A stretch of 64,000 nucleotides of DNA from Chloroflexota bacterium (GTDB taxonomy: Bacteria; Chloroflexota; Limnocylindria; QHBO01): the NCBI GenBank assembly GCA_025699005.1, contig JAILWI010000001.1, positions 894,486 to 958,485 of the forward strand, read 5' to 3'. Under the pieces are notes generated by a model. That model searched no databases. It was not told the DNA's origin and was given only the letters and a program-made list of their open reading frames with translations. Below are positions 1 to 9,473 of this stretch, piece by piece. The stretch's first letter is position 1. Each line of letters begins with the position of its first letter. A program made the position numbers and the translations under genes.

Positions 1-168
1 CGGGAGATGCAGCGCATCCTCGTCGAGGATGTGCCGTACATCATCCCGTACTACCAGGTCACCATCGAGGCCTGGCGGACGGACACCTTCACCGGCTGGA
101 TCGAGAACGATCCGACGCTCGGTCTCACCGACTCGGCGTCGCTCATCAACCTGCGACCGGCCGAGTAG
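1..168 (+). CDS. Peptide/nickel ABC transporter substrate-binding protein, C-terminal fragment (5' truncated by window)
   Basis: Frame 1 reads REMQRILVEDVPYIIPYYQ...WRTDTFTGW...RPAE*, a typical SBP family 5 C-terminus; directly upstream of permease genes. Confidence 0.8.
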   Translation, partial: REMQRILVEDVPYIIPYYQVTIEAWRTDTFTGWIENDPTLGLTDSASLINLRPAE

Positions 169-183
169 GAACCGAACACCGAT

Positions 184-216
184 TGCGGGGCCGGGCGTGA
201 AGCGCTCGGCCCCGCA
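184..216 (+). terminator. Intercistronic stem-loop after SBP gene
   Basis: tgcggggccgggcg-tgaag-cgctcggccccgca inverted repeat; no U-tract, so probably an mRNA stabiliser or partial terminator. Confidence 0.55.
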
Positions 217-258
217 TCGCGCATCCCCATGGACACGGCACGTGCTGGCTGACGGACG

Positions 259-1266
259 ATGAGCGGGCGGGGCGGCTACCTGCTGCGCAAGATCGGGTGG
301 GCGCTCCTCACGATCTTCGTCGTCATCACGTTCAACTTCCTTCTCTTCCGGGTTCTCCCCGGCGACCCCGCGAAATCGGGCCTCCGTGACCCGCGGCTGA
401 ACCCGGCAGCCGTCGAGTCGCTGCGCGAGCGCTTCGGGCTGGACAAGCCGGTCTTCCTGAACTTCGACGGCGGCAACCCGTTCGACTCGCAGTACGTCGC
501 GTACTTCGGGGCGCTGAGCCGGGGCGATCTCGGCACGAGCTACGCGTTCCGCGACCAGCCGGTGAGCGACCTGATCGGCCAGGCGCTCGGCAACACGCTG
601 TGGCTCATCCTGCCGTCACAGTTCCTCGCGATCATCTTCGGCGCGGGACTCGGCCTCTTCGCCGCGTGGCGTCGCGGGAGGCCGCTCGACGTCACGGCGC
701 TCACCTTCAGCCTCTTCATGTGGTCGCTCCCGACGTTCTTCCTCGGGATCATCCTGCTCGTGATCGGCGCGAACTGGTTCGGCCTGCCCACCTCCGGAAG
801 GATCACGATCGGCGCCAACTTCGCGTCGTTCTGGGACGTGGCGTATGACGTCGGGCGGCACCTCATCCTGCCGACATTGACGCTGACCCTCGTGCTCCTC
901 GGCGAGTACATGCTGATCATGCGATCCAGCGTTCTCGACGTCTTCGGAGAGGATTACATCCTCACGGCGCGCGCCAAGGGACTCTCGACCTATCGGATCA
1001 TCCGGCATCACGCGCTCCGCAACGCGATCCTGCCGATGGTGACGCTCATCGCGCTCAACCTCGGCTTCACCGTCTCCGGGGCGATCCAGGTCGAAGCCGT
1101 GTACTCGTGGCCCGGGCTCGGCGCGTTGACGGTCAACGCGGTCGGGGATCGCGACTTCCCGGTCCTCCAGGGTGCGTTCCTGCTCATCGCGGTGGCGGTC
1201 GTCATCGCGAACCTCATCGCGGAGCTCGTGTACGGCTGGCTCGACCCGCGGGTGAGCGAGGCATGA
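259..1266 (+). CDS. dppB: Peptide ABC transporter permease (DppB/OppB family)
   Basis: LPGDP N-terminal motif, GDLGTS, EAA loop DYILTARAKGLS, WPGLG, RDFPVLQG. Confidence 0.92.
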   Translation: MSGRGGYLLRKIGWALLTIFVVITFNFLLFRVLPGDPAKSGLRDPRLNPAAVESLRERFGLDKPVFLNFDGGNPFDSQYVAYFGALSRGDLGTSYAFRDQPVSDLIGQALGNTLWLILPSQFLAIIFGAGLGLFAAWRRGRPLDVTALTFSLFMWSLPTFFLGIILLVIGANWFGLPTSGRITIGANFASFWDVAYDVGRHLILPTLTLTLVLLGEYMLIMRSSVLDVFGEDYILTARAKGLSTYRIIRHHALRNAILPMVTLIALNLGFTVSGAIQVEAVYSWPGLGALTVNAVGDRDFPVLQGAFLLIAVAVVIANLIAELVYGWLDPRVSEA

Positions 1267-1270
1267 ACCG

Positions 1271-3310
1271 ATGAGCGTCCTCATGGAGGCGACCGCCCCG
1301 CCGACCGTCGAGCCGCGCGGAGCGCTGCGCTCGTTCCTGCATCACCGAATGGGCGTGATCGGCGCGGTGATGCTCCTCATCGCGGTGCTCGTGGCCATCG
1401 CTGCGCCGATCCTGGCGCCGTACGACCCGTACGCCAACGTGCGCGTGAACATCCTCGACATCTACCAGGCGCCGTCCGGCGAGCATCTCCTAGGGACCGA
1501 TGACGGCGGCAAGGACGTGCTCTCGTCACTCATCTACGGGGCGCGCGTTTCGCTCATCGTCGGGTTCGCGGCGGCGGCCATCGCCCTGCTCATCGGCGGC
1601 CTGGTCGGGATCGTGGCCGGCTACCGCGGGGGATGGGTCGGCTCGCTCCTCATGCGGATCACCGACTTCTTCCTCGTCATCCCGGACCTCGCGCTCCAGA
1701 TCGTGCTCGTGGCGATCATCGGACCGTCACTCGGGACGATCATCCTCGTCATCGGCGCGCTCGGCTGGACGACGACGGCGCGTCTCGTGCGATCTCAGGC
1801 GCTCACCGTTCGTGAGCGGAAGTACGTCATGCGGGCGCGGGCCATCGGTGCCGGTGATGCGCACATCCTGCGCCGGCACATCCTCCCCGCGGTCCTGCCG
1901 CTCATGCTCGCGAACATGGTGCTCGTCATCAGCCTGGCGATCCTGTCGGAGTCGACGCTCGCGTTCCTCGGCCTCGGAGACCCCACGGTCATCAGCTGGG
2001 GCCAGATGCTGAACTTCGCGTTCGGGCGCGGCGCGGTGAGCGCGGGTGCATGGTGGGCCCTCCTGCCGCCGGGCTTCGCGATCGTCTGGGTGGTGCTCGG
2101 GACGACCCTGCTCGGCACCGCGCTCGAGGACGCGCTCAACCCGCGGCTGAAGCGGCATCACCTCGAGTCTCCGGGGTCCGACGTCGCGCGCGATCGCCGC
2201 GTCGAGGAGCTGGAGCCGCGAGAGCTCACGACGCCGAGCGCCGGGGCCGTTGCCGCACCGCGCGACCCGGCCGCACCGGCCGCACAGGAGGAGAGCGCGC
2301 GACGGGACGAGGGCCCGATCCTCCGGGTCCGCGACCTCTCGATCGAGTTCGACACTCCGTCCGGCAAGCACCTGGCGGTCGAAGGCGTGAGCTTCGACCT
2401 CAACCGCGGCGAGACGCTCGGCCTCGTCGGCGAGTCGGGCTGCGGCAAGACCACGACCGTGCTCGGGATCATGCGGCTCCTGCCGCCCGGCGGCCGCGTG
2501 GTGTCGGGCAGCGTCTGGTTCGAGGGCGACGATCTCCTGAGTCTCGACGGGCCGGCACTGCGATCGTTCCGGTGGACGCGCCTGTCCCTCGTCTTCCAGG
2601 GCGCGATGAATGCGCTCAACCCGGTCCGAACGGTGGGCGATCAGATCGCCGAGGCGGTACGGCTCCACGCCCCGGGGACCGGCCAGCGCGAGGCCCTCGA
2701 CCAGTCCGCGGAGCTTCTCGAGCGGGTGGGGATCGGGCGGCGACGCCTCAACGAGTACCCGCACACCTACTCGGGCGGAATGCGGCAGCGCGCCATGATC
2801 GCGCTGGCGCTCGCCTGCGACCCGGACGTCATCGTCGCCGACGAGCCGACGACCGCGCTCGACGTGATGATCCAGGCCCAGATCCTCGAGCTGCTGGGCG
2901 GGATCGCTCGCGACCTCGGGACCGGGATCATCCTCGTCACCCACGACCTCGGCGTCGTGGCGCAGGTGTGCGACCGGGTCGTGGTGATGTACGGCGGGGC
3001 GGTGGCGGAGGAGAACGACGCGGCCACGGTGTTCCGGGAGCCCCAGCACCCGTACACCCAGGAGCTGCTCCAGTCGTTCCCCGACCTGGCGCATCCGGAT
3101 CGCCCGTTGCGCGGCATCCCCGGCGCTCCGCCGCGGCTCGACGACATGCCACCGGGCTGCCGATTCGCGCCGCGCTGCCCGCACGCGTTCGATCGATGCC
3201 GCGAGGAGCGACCGCCCGAGTACGCCGCGGCCGGTGGACGGGCCGCCTGCTTCCTCCTCGATCCCACCGGGCCGCGTGAGGCCGTTCCATCCGCGGAGCC
3301 GCGGCCATGA
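1271..3310 (+). CDS. Fused peptide ABC permease (DppC) + ATPase (DppD)
   Basis: N-half HLLGTDDGGKDV, ARAIGA, LAFLGLG; C-half Walker A GESGCGKT, SGGMRQR, ADEPTTALD, PPGCRFAPRC. Confidence 0.9.
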   Translation: MSVLMEATAPPTVEPRGALRSFLHHRMGVIGAVMLLIAVLVAIAAPILAPYDPYANVRVNILDIYQAPSGEHLLGTDDGGKDVLSSLIYGARVSLIVGFAAAAIALLIGGLVGIVAGYRGGWVGSLLMRITDFFLVIPDLALQIVLVAIIGPSLGTIILVIGALGWTTTARLVRSQALTVRERKYVMRARAIGAGDAHILRRHILPAVLPLMLANMVLVISLAILSESTLAFLGLGDPTVISWGQMLNFAFGRGAVSAGAWWALLPPGFAIVWVVLGTTLLGTALEDALNPRLKRHHLESPGSDVARDRRVEELEPRELTTPSAGAVAAPRDPAAPAAQEESARRDEGPILRVRDLSIEFDTPSGKHLAVEGVSFDLNRGETLGLVGESGCGKTTTVLGIMRLLPPGGRVVSGSVWFEGDDLLSLDGPALRSFRWTRLSLVFQGAMNALNPVRTVGDQIAEAVRLHAPGTGQREALDQSAELLERVGIGRRRLNEYPHTYSGGMRQRAMIALALACDPDVIVADEPTTALDVMIQAQILELLGGIARDLGTGIILVTHDLGVVAQVCDRVVVMYGGAVAEENDAATVFREPQHPYTQELLQSFPDLAHPDRPLRGIPGAPPRLDDMPPGCRFAPRCPHAFDRCREERPPEYAAAGGRAACFLLDPTGPREAVPSAEPRP

Positions 3311-4356
3311 GCGACGCCACGCTGCTCAGCGTCGAGGGCCTGGTCAAGGAGTTTCCGGGACACACCTCGTTGGCCGACTGGGTGCGCCGGCGTCCCGCGC
3401 CACCCGTCCGCGCCGTCGACGGGATTTCGTTCGAGCTGCGCCCGGGCGAGGTCCTCGCTCTCGTCGGTGAGTCCGGCTGCGGGAAGACGACCACCGGAAA
3501 CCTGCTCATGGGACTCCTGCCGCCCACGGCCGGCCGGGTGATGCTCGACGGGCAGGAGGTGGGAGAGCTCTCCGGCCGCGGGCTTCAGCGGCTCCGGCGT
3601 CGCGTGCAGATGGTCTTCCAGGACCCGTACGAGTCGCTCAACCCGCGGATGCGGGTCGGCGACATCGTCGCGGAGCCGCTCCGCGTGCACCGGGTCGCCT
3701 CTTCGCCCGCCGATCTGCGGGATCGCGTGGCCAGGGCCCTGACGTCTGCCGGCCTCGCCCCGCCCGAGGCCTACGTCCACCGCTTCCCGTTCGAGATGTC
3801 GGGCGGACAGCGGCAGCGCGTGGTCATCGCGGCGGCGCTCGCCCTCGAGCCATCCCTCCTCGTCGCCGACGAGCCGGTGAGCATGCTCGACGTCAGCATC
3901 CGGGCCGAGATCCTCAACCTCCTGTCGGCGCTCGCGAAGGAGCAGGGGATCGGCGTCGTCATGATCACCCACGACCTGTCCACGATCGCCGCCTATGCCG
4001 ACCGCATCGCCGTCATGTACCTCGGCCGCATCGTCGAGCACGGACCGACGCGCCAGGTGCTCACCGATCCGCAGCACCCGTACGCGCGAGCGCTGCTGTC
4101 CGTCGTGCCGGTGCCCGATCCGTCGGTGCGTCGCACGCCGGTGATCCTGAGTGGCGAGACGCCCGATCCGTCGCGCATCCCTCCCGGATGCCGATTCCAC
4201 CCCCGCTGCCCGGTCGCCTTCGACCGCTGCCCGCACGTCGACCCGCAGCTCGTCGAGGTCGGGGAGGACCACCAGGCCGCCTGCCTCCTGCTCGGCGACG
4301 GCACCGGACGGGCGACACCGAATTCCGAAGGCGAGGTCCCGGAGTCAGCCGGGTAG
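3307..4356 (+). CDS. dppF: Peptide ABC transporter ATP-binding protein (DppF/OppF family)
   Basis: GESGCGKT, QMVFQDPYESLNPR, SGGQRQR, ADEPVSMLD, PPGCRFHPRC. Confidence 0.92.
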   Translation: MSDATLLSVEGLVKEFPGHTSLADWVRRRPAPPVRAVDGISFELRPGEVLALVGESGCGKTTTGNLLMGLLPPTAGRVMLDGQEVGELSGRGLQRLRRRVQMVFQDPYESLNPRMRVGDIVAEPLRVHRVASSPADLRDRVARALTSAGLAPPEAYVHRFPFEMSGGQRQRVVIAAALALEPSLLVADEPVSMLDVSIRAEILNLLSALAKEQGIGVVMITHDLSTIAAYADRIAVMYLGRIVEHGPTRQVLTDPQHPYARALLSVVPVPDPSVRRTPVILSGETPDPSRIPPGCRFHPRCPVAFDRCPHVDPQLVEVGEDHQAACLLLGDGTGRATPNSEGEVPESAG

Positions 4357-4887
4357 CAGGCCGGCGACGACGCTGACCGCGCCGATGAGCCCGACGGCGA
4401 GTGCCGGCGCGAAGCGCACGGCCCGCGACTGCAGGCGACCCACGATCCCGGCCACGACCGCCGCAAGCGCCGCGCCGGCCACGCCGCCGAGCGCCGCGGC
4501 GACCCCGTGCGCCAGGGTCGGCGATGCCGTCCCGACCTGTCGCTCGCCGGCCATCACCACGCCGATGACCACGACGACCAGCCCGCCGAACAGTGCGGAT
4601 CCGAGCGTCGCGGTCGCGGCCCTCGCGGAGCCGAGCTGGCTGGCGCCCGTGGCGGCGGCGCCGCCGGCAAGGACGGCCGCCACGAGGTAGGTCGCCGGGA
4701 GAGCCGCGGAGCTGTCGACCGGCGGGGCAGCCATGAACCACGCGAGAGTCGCAATCGGCCCCGCGAGCATCCCGAGCGCCGCGACCCAGGTCAGCGGGCG
4801 GGTCCAGTCCTCGGGGTCCTCCGGCGGCACGACCTCGCCCAGGCGGACGCTGACGGGGACGAGATCGTCGTCGGCTTCGGTGGTCAC
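4345..4887 (-). CDS. Hypothetical membrane protein
   Basis: Several hydrophobic helices; 4 bp downstream of the MshC-like gene on the same strand. Confidence 0.65.
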   Translation of the reverse strand: MTTEADDDLVPVSVRLGEVVPPEDPEDWTRPLTWVAALGMLAGPIATLAWFMAAPPVDSSAALPATYLVAAVLAGGAAATGASQLGSARAATATLGSALFGGLVVVVIGVVMAGERQVGTASPTLAHGVAAALGGVAGAALAAVVAGIVGRLQSRAVRFAPALAVGLIGAVSVVAGLLPG

Positions 4888-4891
4888 CGGA

Positions 4892-6154
4892 TCAGGCGGC
4901 GTTGCTCGCGCTCACGGCCTCGGCATGGGGCGCGAGCCGGAGTCCCAGGATCCGCCCGCCGAGCTCCACGACGGCCTGACCGGCCTCGACGGCAACAGCC
5001 GGGAGCTCGGACTCGAGCGCCAGCCGGGCCAGCGCCGCCAGCTCGGGCATGGCCCGCGGCGTGTCGAGGTCATCGTCCATGGCAGCCAGGAACGCGCGAC
5101 GATGTGCCGCCACCTCCTCCGACTGCGCGGCCGTCACGCCGGATTCGGCGAGCTCGTCGGCGCGCAGGCAGGCCTGTCGCAGCAGGGCTGCCGCGTCGGC
5201 CGCGGCATCGAGGTCATCGGCCTTGAACTCGACCTCGGAGCGATAGTGGTGCGAGACGAGGTAGTGGCGGATCGCGTCACCGGGATACGTGCACAGGAGG
5301 TCGCGGACGAGCACGAGGTTGCCGAGCGACTTGCTCATCTTGTGCCCCTCGTAGCTCAGCATCCCCGCGTGCGTCCACCAGCCGACCGCGGGTCGGTCGC
5401 CCGTCGCGTGCTCCGACTGTGCGAGCTCCGATTCGTGGTGCGGGAAGAGCAGGTCGCCGCCCCCGCCGTGGATCTCGAACCGCGTCCCGAGATAGGCCAT
5501 CGCCATGGCCGAGCACTCGATGTGCCATCCGGGGCGTCCCGGGCCCCACGGAGACGGCCAGGCCGGCTCGTCGGGAAGCGATCGCTGCCACAGCACGAAG
5601 TCGAGCGGATCGCGCTTGCCGGCCATGGTGGGATCGTTGCCGCGCTCGTTCGCGATCGGCAGCATCTCGTCCGGCGACAGCTTCGAGAGCTGCCCGTAGT
5701 CCGGATCGGCGGCGATGCTGAAGAAGACGTTGCCCTCGGCGGCGTAGGCAAGGCCCTTGTCGACCAGCGCGCCGATGAGCTCGAGCATCTGGGGGATGTG
5801 CTCGGTGGCCCTCGGGTAGTGGTTCGGCGGCAGCCAGTTGAGCGCCGCCATCTCGGTGAGGAACGTCGTGACGTGGCGGTTGCCGAGCTCCAGGTAGTTC
5901 TCGCCCGTCTCACGCGCCTTGCGCAGCATGTCGTCGTCGACGTCGGTCAGGTTCTGAACGTACGTGACCTCGTGGCCGAGGTACTCGAGATAGCGGTGCA
6001 GCACGTCGAAGCTCACGTACGTGAACGCGTGCCCGATGTGGCCGGTGTCGTACGGCGTGACGCCGCAGACGTAGAGGCCGACCGACGGGCGCTCGCCGAT
6101 GGGGGTGAAGGGGTGCAGCCCGCCGCGGCGGGCGTCGTGGAGTCGAAGGGTCAC
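4892..6154 (-). CDS. Cysteine--tRNA ligase-like protein of MshC type (no anticodon-binding domain)
   Basis: CGVTPYDTGHIGH, QNLTDVDD, ERGNDP, GRPGWHIECSAM, HHESE, KMSKS, AMDDDLDTP; 420 aa, ends shortly after the DALR-like helices. Confidence 0.85.
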   Translation of the reverse strand: MTLRLHDARRGGLHPFTPIGERPSVGLYVCGVTPYDTGHIGHAFTYVSFDVLHRYLEYLGHEVTYVQNLTDVDDDMLRKARETGENYLELGNRHVTTFLTEMAALNWLPPNHYPRATEHIPQMLELIGALVDKGLAYAAEGNVFFSIAADPDYGQLSKLSPDEMLPIANERGNDPTMAGKRDPLDFVLWQRSLPDEPAWPSPWGPGRPGWHIECSAMAMAYLGTRFEIHGGGGDLLFPHHESELAQSEHATGDRPAVGWWTHAGMLSYEGHKMSKSLGNLVLVRDLLCTYPGDAIRHYLVSHHYRSEVEFKADDLDAAADAAALLRQACLRADELAESGVTAAQSEEVAAHRRAFLAAMDDDLDTPRAMPELAALARLALESELPAVAVEAGQAVVELGGRILGLRLAPHAEAVSASNAA

Positions 6155-6271
6155 GCTGCGAATTCTAAAGCGGTCGGCGGATTTCGCCCGGAGGGCTGGA
6201 CGGGGCCGATAGAATCGGCCGACAGGCGGGGGTCTGCTGCCGACCGATCCACCCGATGGGAGCCTCGAACC

Positions 6272-6376
6272 ATGGAAGTCCTGCGCTGGCTGCTCTTCTT
6301 CGCGATCGCGATGTTCCTGATCGTGGCGGGAATCTTCTTCGTGATGGGCCGGCCGCTCCCGCTGCCACGCTTCTGA
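6272..6376 (+). CDS. 34-aa single-TM small protein MEVLRWLLFFAIAMFLIVAGIFFVMGRPLPLPRF
   Basis: GGGAG RBS at 6258-6262, TAGAAT -10 at 6210-6215, fills an intergenic gap, GC3-biased codons. Confidence 0.65.
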   Translation: MEVLRWLLFFAIAMFLIVAGIFFVMGRPLPLPRF

Positions 6377-6386
6377 GGGCCCACGC

Positions 6387-6836
6387 CTACCACAGGTCGG
6401 GCTTCGCGCTCATCAGGAAGCCGATGACGCCGATGACGCCCGCCATCCCGTAGGCCACCAGCCGCTGACGCCGCGCGCGGCGCGCCCACGTCTCGTCGCT
6501 GCTCTCACCGCGCAAACCGATCATGCGGCGCAGGTTCGGACGGCTGATGAACGCGGCGACGACGAGGTTGAGCGCGTAGAGCACCAGCGCCGTCATCAGC
6601 CACGGCTGGGTCAGCAGCTCGGGGCCGAGGATCCAGAGCATCGCGGCCCCGGTCAATGCCAGGCCGCCGGCGATGATCAGCGTGCCGGTTCCCTGGACCG
6701 CCATGAGGGCGCGCGTCACCGTGGAGGGCTCGCCGCCGCGCCGGCGTAGCAGGAACGGCAACAGCACGCTTGGCAGGAGCAGCCCCACGGCGAGCGTGAT
6801 GTGCGTGAGCAGGAGGACCGGAAAGAGGCTGGTCAT
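6387..6836 (-). CDS. DUF2269-like four-TM membrane protein
   Basis: LLLTHITLAVG N-terminus, TGAAM, PWL, C-terminal FLMSAKP. Confidence 0.7.
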   Translation of the reverse strand: MTSLFPVLLLTHITLAVGLLLPSVLLPFLLRRRGGEPSTVTRALMAVQGTGTLIIAGGLALTGAAMLWILGPELLTQPWLMTALVLYALNLVVAAFISRPNLRRMIGLRGESSDETWARRARRQRLVAYGMAGVIGVIGFLMSAKPDLW

Positions 6837-6863
6837 GCCGCTCCGATCCTAGCGCAGCCGCCG

Positions 6864-7211
6864 TCAGCGCCCCTTCGTGAACCCCTGGTGCACGCCCAGG
6901 CGACGCAGGAGCGTGGGGATGTTGACTGCCCAGCCGACGCCGAGCGGCCGCGGGCTGAAGATCTTCGGGGACTTCGGGTTCCAGTACGCGGTCCGCACCG
7001 ACTCGATGGACGGCATGCGGAAGTCGTACGGGACGAACCCCAGCAGCTTGCCGTTCCAGGTGCGCTCGCCGCGCGGCTTGCGCAGCTCCGTGTAGAGCGC
7101 TCCGGCCACGGCACCGAAGACGGCCATCTTGAGCAGGGATCTGAGCGCGTCGAACTCCTCCCGAGCGGTGCTCGCCTTGCGAGCCACGTCGTCGCGAACG
7201 TTATCGATCAT
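6864..7211 (-). CDS. DUF5808-like small membrane-associated protein
   Basis: GGAGG RBS before ATG 7211; one TM helix, then VPYDFRMP and YWNPKSPKIFSPRPLGVGWAVN. Confidence 0.7.
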   Translation of the reverse strand: MIDNVRDDVARKASTAREEFDALRSLLKMAVFGAVAGALYTELRKPRGERTWNGKLLGFVPYDFRMPSIESVRTAYWNPKSPKIFSPRPLGVGWAVNIPTLLRRLGVHQGFTKGR

Positions 7212-7235
7212 GGGTCCTCCTTGGGCGTGCCTCAC

Positions 7236-7250
7236 GCAAGCGTCGTGCCG
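7236..7250 (-). promoter_or_regulatory. Sigma-54 -24/-12 promoter
   Basis: Minus strand CGGCACGACGCTTGC = GG-N10-GC with GGCACG and TTGC, 25 bp upstream of ATG 7211. Confidence 0.7.
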
Positions 7251-7282
7251 CCGCGCGTGCTGCGTACACTCTACCCCGCGAC

Positions 7283-8254
7283 ATGACGACCCCCGAATCT
7301 CTGCCCTTCCTGTCCGCCGAACGCATCCGCGAAGCCGTGCCGATGCCGAGGCTGCTCGACGCCGTCGAGGCGGCCTATCGCGACGTCGTCGCCGGTCGCG
7401 ACCGTTCGCCGCTTCGCTCACACGTGGAGCTCGGCGACGGCTCGCTGCTCCTCATGCCCGGCATTCGGGAGGGAGGGGATGGGGCCACCGTCAAGCTCGT
7501 GACAGTCATGCCGAACAACGCCCGACGCGGCCTGCCGACCATCCACGCCCTCGTCGTCTGGTTCGAGTCCGAGACCGGCCGGGCCCTTGCGCTGCTCGAC
7601 GGCGCGACCGTCACCGCCATGCGCACGGGCGCCGCGTCGGGTGTCGGTACGCGGCTGCTGGCGCGCCAGGATTCCGAGACATTGACGGTGATCGGCGCGG
7701 GGGTCCAGGCCGAGTGGCAGATCCGCGCCGTGCTCGCCGCGCGGCCCATCCGCCGGGTCCTCGTGGTCGGACGTGACGCCACGCGACGAGACGCTTTCGC
7801 ATCCCGAATGGCCGATGCGCTGGGCATTGACGTCGCTGCAGCCGCCGATGCGGAACGCGCGGTGCGTGACGCCGACGTCATCTGCTGCGCCACCACCTCG
7901 TCCACGCCGGTGTTCGATGCGGAGTGGCTGGCGCCCGGCGCGCACGTGAACGGCATCGGCGCATTCCAGCTGTCGATGGTCGAGATCCCGCCCGAGGCCC
8001 TGGGGCGGGCTTCGCTCGTGGCGGTCGACTCGCGCGATGCTGCCCTGGCCGAGGCGGGCGACGTCGTCGCAGCCATCGAGGCTGGCCTCGTCGGCGTTGA
8101 TGCGCTCGTGGAGATCGGGTCCGTGGAACCATCGTGGGCCGCGAACCGGCCCCCCGACGCGATCACGATCTTCAAGTCGGTCGGCCTGGCGATCCAGGAC
8201 GTCGCCGCCGCCGAGCTGATCGTCGCGAGCCTGGGTGGAGCGCCCTCGAGCTAG
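7283..8254 (+). CDS. Ornithine cyclodeaminase/mu-crystallin family protein
   Basis: LLLMPG, TAMRTGAASG, IGAGVQA, CATTS, FKSVGLAIQD. Confidence 0.9.
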   Translation: MTTPESLPFLSAERIREAVPMPRLLDAVEAAYRDVVAGRDRSPLRSHVELGDGSLLLMPGIREGGDGATVKLVTVMPNNARRGLPTIHALVVWFESETGRALALLDGATVTAMRTGAASGVGTRLLARQDSETLTVIGAGVQAEWQIRAVLAARPIRRVLVVGRDATRRDAFASRMADALGIDVAAAADAERAVRDADVICCATTSSTPVFDAEWLAPGAHVNGIGAFQLSMVEIPPEALGRASLVAVDSRDAALAEAGDVVAAIEAGLVGVDALVEIGSVEPSWAANRPPDAITIFKSVGLAIQDVAAAELIVASLGGAPSS

Positions 8255-9411
8255 CGGCCGAGCGCGATCGTCGCGGGCAGGGTTCGCATCACGCGTTCGA
8301 CGACGAGGCGCGACACAAGCACGCGCAGCGCCATCGACATCGCGGGCCGCGTCGGCCAGGCGGCCGCGACCCGCGCGTCTGTCCTGCGTTCGAACATCAC
8401 GGCGGCGTGATGCGCCATGTCGGCGATGTCGACGGTCGCCGCCACCGGGGTCGGGTTGGCCGCCGCCGTCACCTGGAGGCTCGTGGTGCCGGCGTCAGCC
8501 ACCGATACGACGATCGGCTTCGGGTTTGCCGGCGGCGGGGGCGGCGGAGCGGCAAGCCCGACCTGGCCACCGCCGGGCGCGGGGCCGATCGGCGCGGCGG
8601 GCGGCGCCGTTGGCGCTGCCGTGGGGACCGGGGTCGGAGCCGGTGTCGCCGGTGCCGGAGCGGGCGTGGACGTCGGTGAGCCGGACGGCGGTGCCGTGGT
8701 CGAAGCCGGGGTTGGAGCTGGCGTCGGCTTCGGGGTTGGCGCCTGCGTCGGCATCGGCGTCGGCGTCGGGGTCGCCGGCGGGGGAGCCGCCGGCGGAGCA
8801 GCGCTGACGATGACTCCGGGGTAGTAGATCGCCATGATCTGGGCCGCGCTCTTGCCGGCGAGCCCGCAGGTCTGCGTGCCCCACTGGAACATCTGCCAGC
8901 CATTGGCGTTCGCGCCGCATGCCTCGCCCGGTGCGCCGGCGTTGTAGTACGTGGCGAAGATCCGGCCACCCTTGTGGGCGAGCGTGCCCCACGTGGCGTC
9001 GACGGCCGCGGCCATCGAGGAGTACGTCGGCCGGGACGGATCGTAGTGCTGGTCGCGCGTCGAGTCGAAGACGTCGAAGCACTGCCCGGCGGCATTCACG
9101 TAGCCGCGCCAGTGGATGACCTGGTACCAGGCGTAGTTCTTCACCGCCAGGGCACCCGAGCGGATGGATTCGGTCGTCCACGAGCTGATCCACTCGCGCG
9201 ACAGGACGTTCTTCACATAGGTCCGAAAGTCGACGGTGTCCACCGCGCCGGTCGCCGTGCGGTAGACGCGGATCGTGGGCGGCGGGACCGTCTCGGATGC
9301 ATAGGTGCCGCAGGGGCCGGCCGCCACGGCGGGTCGTGGACCGGCCGGCAGAGCCGCAAGACAGAGGAGGATCGCGGCGAGGGCGCTCGCCACGCGGGGT
9401 GATCGCTGCAT
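8251..9411 (-). CDS. Secreted SpoIID/LytB-domain protein with Pro/Thr-rich tail
   Basis: Signal peptide; YVKNVLSREW, ALAVKNYA, DSTRDQHY, QWG, IMAIYYPG; PT-rich linker. Confidence 0.75.
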   Translation of the reverse strand: MQRSPRVASALAAILLCLAALPAGPRPAVAAGPCGTYASETVPPPTIRVYRTATGAVDTVDFRTYVKNVLSREWISSWTTESIRSGALAVKNYAWYQVIHWRGYVNAAGQCFDVFDSTRDQHYDPSRPTYSSMAAAVDATWGTLAHKGGRIFATYYNAGAPGEACGANANGWQMFQWGTQTCGLAGKSAAQIMAIYYPGVIVSAAPPAAPPPATPTPTPMPTQAPTPKPTPAPTPASTTAPPSGSPTSTPAPAPATPAPTPVPTAAPTAPPAAPIGPAPGGGQVGLAAPPPPPPANPKPIVVSVADAGTTSLQVTAAANPTPVAATVDIADMAHHAAVMFERRTDARVAAAWPTRPAMSMALRVLVSRLVVERVMRTLPATIALGR

Positions 9412-9473
9412 GGAGTCCGCACCCTATCGGCCTCCAAACCGCACCGCACCCGACCGAAAGTACCGGTCGAGGG

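Noticed and set aside
8560-8810. Low-complexity GGC/GGT repeats
   Set aside because: Encodes the Pro/Thr/Ala linker of the SpoIID-like protein; ordinary.
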